A stretch of DNA of 63,919 nt, filler included, from Neoconidiobolus thromboides FSU 785 (Eukaryota > Fungi > Entomophthoromycota), in the NCBI GenBank assembly GCA_025603075.1. It is 7 parts of 7 records of this genome, joined end to end, with 100 filler letters (N's around TTAATTAATTAA, not from the genome) between each part and the next. Parts side by side here need not be neighbours in the genome. Positions count along the whole stretch, not along the records: positions 44,016 to 60,033 come from MU626593.1; positions 60,134 to 63,919 come from MU626803.1; 5 more parts are not named here. One strand, 5' to 3'. A model generated the notes under the pieces. That model was not told the DNA's origin. It worked only from the letters and a program-made list of their open reading frames with translations, and did not search any database. This document shows, piece by piece, positions 53,444-63,919 of the stretch. Position 1 is the first letter of the stretch; the number at the start of each line of letters is the position of its first letter. Position numbers and translations under genes: made by a program.

Positions 53444-53931
53444 AATATAAAATATATAAAAAATAAAATATATAAAGAATAAAATAGAATTAGTCTATTT
53501 AAATAGTAATATTTACATTAGAACTATTATTGATCGCTAGATTATCATCAATAATCTATTAAATTAAATTTCATTTTAACATATTATTTTTGTTACAATT
53601 AATATAAATATTATTGTTATTATATTATTATAATAAATTTTTCTTACAATTTTTAATAGGCTAATTCTTTTAATTTTTTGATCAGCATTTTTTTTTATTA
53701 ATTATATCCTAAATTAAGCAAATTAAAAAAATAAGTATTTGGTTTATTGAATAAAAAATAAATAAAATTTCTATAACATAGCTACAATATTTGTTATTTC
53801 TTTAACCCTTGTTAATAAAATTCAATAAATTTATTGTATGATTTCTATTTGTATTCTTTGTTTTTTTAAGATGCCCGATTTAATTCCTTTAAAAAAATAT
53901 TATTCAAATTCTTGATTTATCTCTTTACAAA

Positions 53932-56322
<2,391 letters not shown>

Positions 56323-56827
56323 TACTTTTTTTTTGGTTTTCTAAAATTATATTGAATAAATATAATAAATATTTTTGATTAATAACTGGCAGTGCCAACC
56401 TTTAACTTTAAGATGACTTATGTAAAATTATTTTAAAATCATTTTGTTTCTTAAAATTATAAACAATAAAGGTTAATAAAGTGTGGTTTTTATGTTGAAT
56501 TTAAAGCTTCAATTTTTTAGATATCTTAATAATTTCTATAAAGGCCAGAAAGAAACAGAATTTTATCTTTATCTATATAACTATGTCTGAATCTATACTT
56601 TATCAATCTAACCAATGACAGTTTATACTCAACTACATCAGTACTAGATTAACAAATAATAGCAATCATAGGATCATCAATATGATGTAAATCTTTTGAA
56701 TCTATTTCTATGTATTCATTAACATTATCCTATTTCACCACGTATCTAAAATAACAACAATAAAAAACAACACATCAAAATCTAAAATGGTTATTTTAAC
56801 TAAAATTTAATTCACCAAATACCATAC

Positions 56828-57166
56828 TTAATGTTTAGCAGGGGTAGAGTCGTTTTCAGCGGCTTTAAGGAATTCTTGAATGAAAGCTTCTTCTTCGTTT
56901 GAAGAAGCATTGATCTTAGGTTCAGGTAATTTGTTATCGGTCTTAGAAGATCCACCTTTAGCTGAATAAATACCAAAACCTAAAGCGGCCCAAGTACCAA
57001 ATACTAACTAAATTAAAAATAAGTTCCTTTTATTCATGATAAATATTTCAAATGTTATGTTGATTGTTAAAAATGCTTCATCTAGCGACTAGGTATGTGA
57101 GTAAAGGTAAGCACTTACGTATTCACTTGCAATTTTTTGTCCAAAGATTTTATAGTAAGCTCCCAT
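56828..57166 (-). CDS. ATP19: Mitochondrial ATP synthase subunit k (1 intron)
   Basis: Spliced MGAYYKIFGQKIASEY/LVFGTWAALG...KINASSNEEEAFIQEFLK...KH*. Confidence 0.85.
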
Positions 57167-57435
57167 ATTATGAAACACGTCTTTTATGAAGTTGAATGCA
57201 ATAACTATCTGATAGAAGTTATACACTCGATTAAATTCGAGCCAATAAGATTCCAAAGCATGGAATCTATGGATTATTTCGTTTAACCATAAGTTATGGG
57301 AATTTTTATTCAATTTACTCATTGTAATCGATGTCTAGTTTTTGCAATTCTAATTTTTGCAACGTTTACGTCAGCTAACTCTTTTAACTAAAAATCACTA
57401 AGCACTAATTAAGTTTTTATAATATTTTTACTAAA

Positions 57436-58503
57436 ATGGCCAATTTAGCTCAATTACATGAACAATTAAAAAGAGAATATGAAAATAAAGATCCTAATGC
57501 TTTAACTACCTTGAGCGCTATCAAAGTAATTTTATTTAACTTCTAATTTTTAGGATAAATTCATAAATAATTTAACATTAGTTAGAATTAATTAAAAATT
57601 CATTCTTAACTCCAGCATCAACTTTAAATTATGAACAAAAAGTAGCAGTTCGTAAGTGGAATAAATAAATACTATTAATGAATGGACAATAATTATATTA
57701 TTAAATAGGTGATGTTTTAGAAATAGGAGCTTTAATTAATATTAATGAAAACGATATTCAAGGTTTTGAACGTTTGTATTCTCAACTTCAAACTTATTAT
57801 ATTGATCATAGGTAAAAAATTGACGCAAATGAAATTCAAGCTATTTATAGCCCATTTATAAAGAACAGAAGCTAAAAAAATACATTTAGAGATTCATTAC
57901 CACCATCACCAAGAGAAAATAAGTTAAAAGGGTTATATCTTATGAGTTTATTAGCACAAAATCAAATTTCAACATTTCACCTTACATTGGAAGGGATTCC
58001 ATCGGATTTACTAGAAAATAATGAATATCTTATGCATCCAGTGAATTTAGAAAAAGCATTAATGGAAGGTAGTTACAATAAAGTATTAAATGCACGTGAA
58101 ACAGTACCATCCAATGAGTTTATTTATTTTATGGACTTTTTAGCTCTCACTATTAGGTAATGTACTAATTGGATTTCAATATGCAATCCTAATTTTATTG
58201 AATAGAGATGAGATTGCTAGTTGTTGTGAAAAGGCTTATAAAAGCCTTCCTATTCAACAAGTTAGTAGTATGCTCTTTTTTAAAAAGAATGAAGAAGTAG
58301 TAAAATTAGCTAAACAAGTAAGATATTATTTTCATTTCATGAGGATTAAAGTTAATAACTTTTAGCGTGGGTGGGTGATTAATATTGATCAAAGAGTTCA
58401 ATTTAAAACAGCACAACAAAGTGATGATACTTCAGCTGTTCCAGTTAACCAAGTATTAGAACAAGCTATATTTTATGCAAAAGAAATGGAACGTATTGTT
58501 TAA
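57436..58503 (+). CDS. RPN12: 26S proteasome lid subunit Rpn12, multi-exon
   Basis: RDVLEIGA, FERLYSQLQTYY, GLYLMSLLAQNQISTFH, LEKALMEGSYNKV, IRDEIASCCEKAY, YAKEMERIV*. Confidence 0.95.
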
Positions 58504-58881
58504 GTTTTAATAAAGGTTTTTTTAGTGGAGTTAATAAACTTGCTCGTTAACTTCAATTATGTTGTTAATTTCTAAAGCTTGGTATTTTATTATTATATGT
58601 AGATAGTTGTCATGTAAGTTAGAATTGCATGAAGTTAATTTATTAGCAAGTTGAATTATTTGAATGAATACAAATTTATTGATATTTATCAATAATACTA
58701 TTAATTCATAAGTTTAGCGTATATGATTAGGACCATGATCTAAGATTGCTATATTAACACAAAAATCCTTTTGTATAAATGATAACAATACTGTTTATTG
58801 GGACAAAATGCTACTGCTTTATAATAAGCATTTTTTAGATTTTAAATAATTATACAAATATATAAAAATAAAAGCGTATAT

Positions 58882-58978
58882 GGGGATGTATTTTTTTGTT
58901 TAAGAATTTTACTAACAAATTTTCCACTCAAATAGCGTTTAAAAAATCGAAAAGAATGAAATCAAAAAAACCATCGCC
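58882..58978 (+). mobile_element. MITE family A, copy 20
   Basis: Consensus match; flanks ATAT/ATAT. Confidence 0.85.
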
Positions 58979-59198
58979 ATATAATGAAACATTATAATAG
59001 TTAGTTTTTATATTCAAGCAATTGCTTACCAAAATACTATGATACACAAACTACGTTTAAAATACATTCTAAAAATCTAAGTTGAATTTTAATTTATTTC
59101 TATTTCTAAGATACTTCAGCCCTTAAAATTGATGAAACAGTTTAAAAGGAGTCAAGATTCAAACAATTCATAGCTAAAAAATACTCAATAAGATTTGA

Positions 59199-59777
59199 TT
59201 ATAAACGACGAGGCTTTGGAGGACGACAACCGTTATGGGGGATAGGAGTAGTATCTGTAACACGAGCTACTGGCCAATCGGTATTAGAACGAATGGATCT
59301 AAAAACTGCCTCTCTACCTGGACCAAACCCTTTAAATTTAACCAATAATTCACTAACATTTTGTCTCTTTAACTTTGTTTTTTCCACTAATTGAACAGCA
59401 GCTTGATAAGCAGCTTCAAACCCAGCTCTTTGTGCTTTTTTAAATCCAGCTGTACCGCTGGAAGCAGTTGCAATCACCTGGTCTTTAGAGTTACATAGAG
59501 TTAGAATGGTATTGTTTAACGAACAATGAACATTTAATACATGGGAATAAGAGCTATCATTATCAAGCTTTGACTTATTTTTTCTTGACTTTTTTTCAAC
59601 TGGGGCAGTTTCTTTTAAAATTGGAAACTCGTTTAGAATGTTACCCTTTCCTTCAGTTGTATTTAAACGTCTAATTGAATTTGAAAAGCTTCTGTTGATG
59701 GTAACGACTGGTGAAATATTTTTCCTAAAGCTTGTTAAAGCAAAGGATATTAATTGATTTGCTTTGTTTAAACTCAT
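59199..59777 (-). CDS. MRPS11: Mitochondrial ribosomal protein uS11m (nuclear-encoded, intronless)
   Basis: Basic/hydroxylated presequence; HCSLNNTILT, SSGTAGFKKAQR, KGFGPGRE, DTTPIPHNGCRPPKPRRL. Start taken at MSLNK (59777). Confidence 0.92.
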   Translation of the reverse strand: MSLNKANQLISFALTSFRKNISPVVTINRSFSNSIRRLNTTEGKGNILNEFPILKETAPVEKKSRKNKSKLDNDSSYSHVLNVHCSLNNTILTLCNSKDQVIATASSGTAGFKKAQRAGFEAAYQAAVQLVEKTKLKRQNVSELLVKFKGFGPGREAVFRSIRSNTDWPVARVTDTTPIPHNGCRPPKPRRL

Positions 59778-59950
59778 CTTATTTTTGATTGCTGAACAAA
59801 AGTTCAAAGTCAAAATTCGAATTGCTTAATAAAATGATAGAATTGTTTTTATTGGTTTAGACTATAAAAGCAATTTGATTTAGTTTAAATTTTCTAATGT
59901 AAATAATACGCAGAATAAATAACATTGCTACAATAAAGAGAAAAGTAAAA

Positions 59951-60023
59951 GGTCCCGTGGCCCAATGGATAAGGCGCTTGTCTACGGAACAAGCGATTCC
60001 AGGTTCGATCCCTGGCGGGATCA
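59951..60023 (+). tRNA. tRNA-Arg(ACG)
   Basis: Identical to 44026-44098 in reverse complement; TTTT at 60030-60033. Confidence 0.95.
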
Positions 60024-60033
60024 TCTCCATTTT

Positions 60034-60133
60034 NNNNNNNNNNNNNNNNNNNNNNNNNNNNNNNNNNNNNNNNNNNNTTAATTAATTAANNNNNNNNNNN
60101 NNNNNNNNNNNNNNNNNNNNNNNNNNNNNNNNN
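60034..60133. other. Artificial contig linker
   Basis: N44-TTAATTAATTAA-N44. Confidence 0.98.
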
Positions 60134-60838
60134 TTATTATTGCTTAATTACTTACATTTGAGTCATTTATATTACATTAATATTGCTTCATCATTCACTC
60201 ATTTTAATTCAATTTGAAAAGATATCAATATGTAAAAAGGGCATTCAATTAATATTTGATAACGTTTCAAAGCTTTTATGATTTTCATTTATCTCATAGT
60301 AGCTTTAGCAATACTTAAAAATATTTGCTATATTAAATAAACTTTTTTTAGTAGTATAAGCTTGTCATTTAGGTATCATTTGTTTTATTTTACTATCTTT
60401 ACATATAAAATAAACATGAATGTTTATATTTAAGTTAATCAAAATGAGATTATTCGCATATGATGAAATAAAGATGTAACTTTCCACATTTTATTTTTAT
60501 AATAAAAAGTGCATTGAGATTTTTTAACTTTTCAAGAAAATGGGGGGTAATGCTTAAGACTTTTTAAAAACTGAATAGAGTAACATTCTATAAACAATGT
60601 TGATTTTCTTATTAAAAAATAGAATGTCATTAGTTGCAACAGCAAGTGTTTTTACAGTAAAAAAATAATTTTAGAATAGAAATACTTCATGTCACAACTT
60701 TATACTCTTATCGTTATCTTTTATTATAATAATAAATTTATTTATGGAATGGTTTTATGCACAAAAGTTAATATTAATTTAAGAACATCACTTTATTATA
60801 TGATAAAGAAATAGAAAAGATCAATGTAGCACATTTGA

Positions 60839-62791
60839 TCAGTGTTTGAACGCAAACATACTGATGGGCTTATCTGGCGTATTAATAATACGTAACTTTG
60901 ATTTTACATCACTATCATCCTTTAATTTAAAATTAAAGTTTCGAACTAATGAAGCAGTAGCTAAATAAAGCTCCATCCAAGCCAAACTATAGAATATCAA
61001 TCAGCTTATGTAACAATGAATTTTTACATATTTTTATGATTACCTTCTACCTAAACAAGCTCTTGGACCGATTAAAAAAGGCATAAAATATTTATGGGCT
61101 TTAAATTGACCATCTTCATCAATCCATCTTTCTGGATTATACACATCAGGCTCCTTCCAATATTTAGTATTATAATGAAGCGAGAATATACTAGTCGCTA
61201 CAATAGTCTATAATTGATTAACGAATTCATAAATATAGATATGATAAATTACATTTTCAGGAATAAAATGACCTTCAATTACTTTTCCGCCTTTTGGGAC
61301 ATATCTTGGCATATTTCCAGAAGCTGCTGGATAAATTCTTAGACTTTCATAGATGACCGCTTTAAGATAAACACACTCTTTACATCTGCTATAATCTACA
61401 GTTTCCTTATCTGGGAAAGTCTCAAACAATTCGGCTTTTAGCTTGTTATAAATTTCAGGATGCTTAGATAAAAGATAAAACGTCCTAGTTAACAATTAAG
61501 ATGGGGAATAAGATGATGAATATAATTAAACTACCAAGTTAGCGAATTAGAAGTTGTATCTGAACCGGCAGCACTATAAATAAATTAATATGACATAATT
61601 AATACTATTAATTTATTACATTTGAATAATAGATTCTTCCACAATTTCCTTTTCACTAAGTTTCTTTCCAGTATCTGGGTCAGAAGCGTTAATTAAAGTG
61701 CTTAGAATAGTAACTCTATCTGAGTCTTCTTTAGCATTTTTCACGGCTTCATGAGAAAACTAGCAGAAATTAGTAGGAACATTTATGCTTTTGATACCCA
61801 GTATCTTACTTTATAAAGCGAAGTTATACCATCAAACTTAAAGTTCTTTAAAAATGGAAATACACCAACCTTAAATTTTAATTATTATTTTGTAATAGAA
61901 ATAGATGAAATAATTACTAGAATAACTGTACGAGGTAAGTTTTTGACCCACCCAATAACTGGATGATACCCATTTTTTATCATATCAAAAGATTTACCAT
62001 ATGCTAAATCTCCAATCACATCCTAATAATATATAATTTAATATCAAACATGGTAAAAATAATAAATCCTTACAAAAGAAAAATAATGAAATAACAAACC
62101 GAAATCAAAATCCTTTCCCTCTGAAGCCATTTCTTCAACTTTGTTAACTAAATTAGAAACATTTCCTTTGACTAAATATTCCACACTTGCTATTGTTTTA
62201 TCTGAAAAACTAGGGGCAAGGATTTTTTTCTAATAAATTAATATCTATAAATATTGTTGATTTTTTTAAACTATTTACTCTTTGACGATGGAAATCTTTA
62301 TCCCTAAATAACCTATAAATGCTTTTATATATCGAATAGTAAGTTAATTACATTGTACTAAGGATGTTTTCCCCAGTAACTTGAAATCCATGATAAAACC
62401 CACTTTTTTTGAAGGCATAAGTGGAATAGATTTCTTTTGCTGCTTCATCAGATGAAAAAGATATAGTATTCCAATCTAATGATATAATTAATTTCAAGTT
62501 ATTGATATATTCAATATTTTACCTAATCTCACTGCTTCACCATACTTTTCATGAAGCCCTCTTATATATGTGTGGACAGTTCCATTAAATGTGTATATTC
62601 TATAAAAACCAGGGATAATATGATGAATTAATGGACCTGGGATTTTCCTTAAGGGATTAAAAAATATACTGTATAATACCTAAAGAATTATTATTATCTA
62701 CAAAGTTAATAGATATAAACTATACTTTATAAATCCAAAAAGAGAAAATAACTATTGGAATATAAGGTAATAATGCATTTAGATTAGCCAT
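60839..62791 (-). CDS. Cytochrome P450, multi-exon
   Basis: TM anchor plus KIPGP; I-helix AAGSDTTSN; K-helix ESLR; PERW; heme motif FLIGPRACLG. Confidence 0.93.
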
Positions 62792-63919
62792 TTTTTAAAT
62801 TTTTATTATAAATGTTTTGGCCTAATTTATAGCCTATTTTAATTTCGGAGAAAGTTTCAAAACCAGCCGTCCCGCACACTTTTGTTATTAACGTTAATGC
62901 TTTTAAAAGAACTTGATTGTTACTACTGATGAATTTTTTTAATTACATGTTAGCTTAATTCTAACAATCAATGATAGTTTAATGCGGGAAATTTTACCCT
63001 AGAAATGAAAATTTATACTTGATTGTAGGTTTTATATTAATTTACAAAGAACAATTAAAAAGCATCTGGATGATACTTTGTTAAGCTTTATGTTTTTGAA
63101 CTGTGATATTCAAAAACTGGGCTAATTTAAACCCAAGGTTCAACTTTTGTCCGATTTTAGCATTAGTTTTGAACTTTATATTGTTTAGCTGTGATTTGTA
63201 TCACTAATTATGTAGAAAATTAGCTATTTATATAGCCGTTAAAGTATAGAGGTACAGTAAGTTAACCGTTTATTTAATAGTAAAGTCTCAGACACAAATT
63301 TGATTAAAGCTTAAGGGTTAGGCTTTAAAAAAACCAAATAACAGCTGAAGGAGTTTTACGAAAAAATTTTAATAGGAGCTTCAATATAATTTTTTTGTTT
63401 TTGAATGGTTAAATAGCTCAAAGTTAATTTGAGCTTATTGTAAAACTTGACTGCTAAATAAATTTATAACCTATAAGTTTAATGTAAAGACTAAAATTCT
63501 TGAAGTCAATTTCCTTTGATCAGTGCAGTGGATCAAAACTGTTTACTACCCTTTAGTTTTCTCTCCTTACGACTTTTTCTCATGTCAAATCTATCTATCT
63601 TCAGTATCTTACCTTTTTTTGATACTCAATCTTCGAAAATTCCATAATGAATAACATACTCCCCTTATTGCGTAAAGAGTCTAAAAAGTACAAGGCTAAA
63701 GAGATATTTAATAGCACTTTTGGGTAATTTGAAAACGATATTCAATAGATAAATGTAAGTTTAGAAATTGAAAAAACAATAACGTAGAACTTTTATTTAC
63801 TCAAGTAATAATATCAAAAAATACATAAAATGATATTGCTGTAGAGTTCAGAGCTAAGAGTCAGGAAGCAGGTTTGTTGCTGTTGATTAGTTGTAGATTG
63901 TAATTTTGCTACCAATTTA

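Noticed and set aside
57089-57322. 77-aa ORF in the track
   Set aside because: It overlaps ATP19 exon 1 and reads into its intron; the spliced ATP19 model from 57166 explains it.
63520-63919. Possible exons of a minus-strand gene cut by the window end (KLVAKLQSTTNQQQQTCF...; TLYAIRGVCYSLWNFRR)
   Set aside because: Short frames, inconsistent splicing and no recognisable motif; cannot be supported from this window.

Overview
This is very AT-rich eukaryotic nuclear DNA with many short GT-AG introns (about 40-60 nt). The gene set (ATP19, SWP1, AA11 LPMOs, F-box/LRR, SAM-kinesin-13, DDX41) points to an early-diverging fungus, possibly Zoopagomycota/Entomophthoromycotina; that assignment is inference. 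The window is not continuous: seven contigs (1-1168, 1269-6003, 6104-15991, 16092-17332, 17433-43915, 44016-60033, 60134-63919) are joined by artificial 44N-TTAATTAATTAA-44N linkers, so adjacency across a linker means nothing. It holds about 25 protein genes or fragments, including PRI1, KAP123, two GPD paralogs flanking BCP1, ELP5, PHO13, COP1, SWP1, DDX41, ATP19, RPN12, uS11m, a P450, two AA11 LPMOs and an enoyl-CoA isomerase plus its decayed paralog. It also holds two tRNA-Arg(ACG) genes, about 20 copies of a ~98-bp MITE with GRGG...CCYC ends and mostly 4-bp ATAT-type flanking repeats, and a longer related repeat family. The most notable items are the MITE family (one copy disrupts an exon), an N/Q-rich prion-like repeat fused to a signal-less MIR domain, a fungal KICS2 (KICSTOR) homolog, and a GPD pair in which only one copy has a PTS1. 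Multi-exon boundaries were inferred by eye and are approximate. Family assignments come from recalled motifs, not database searches.
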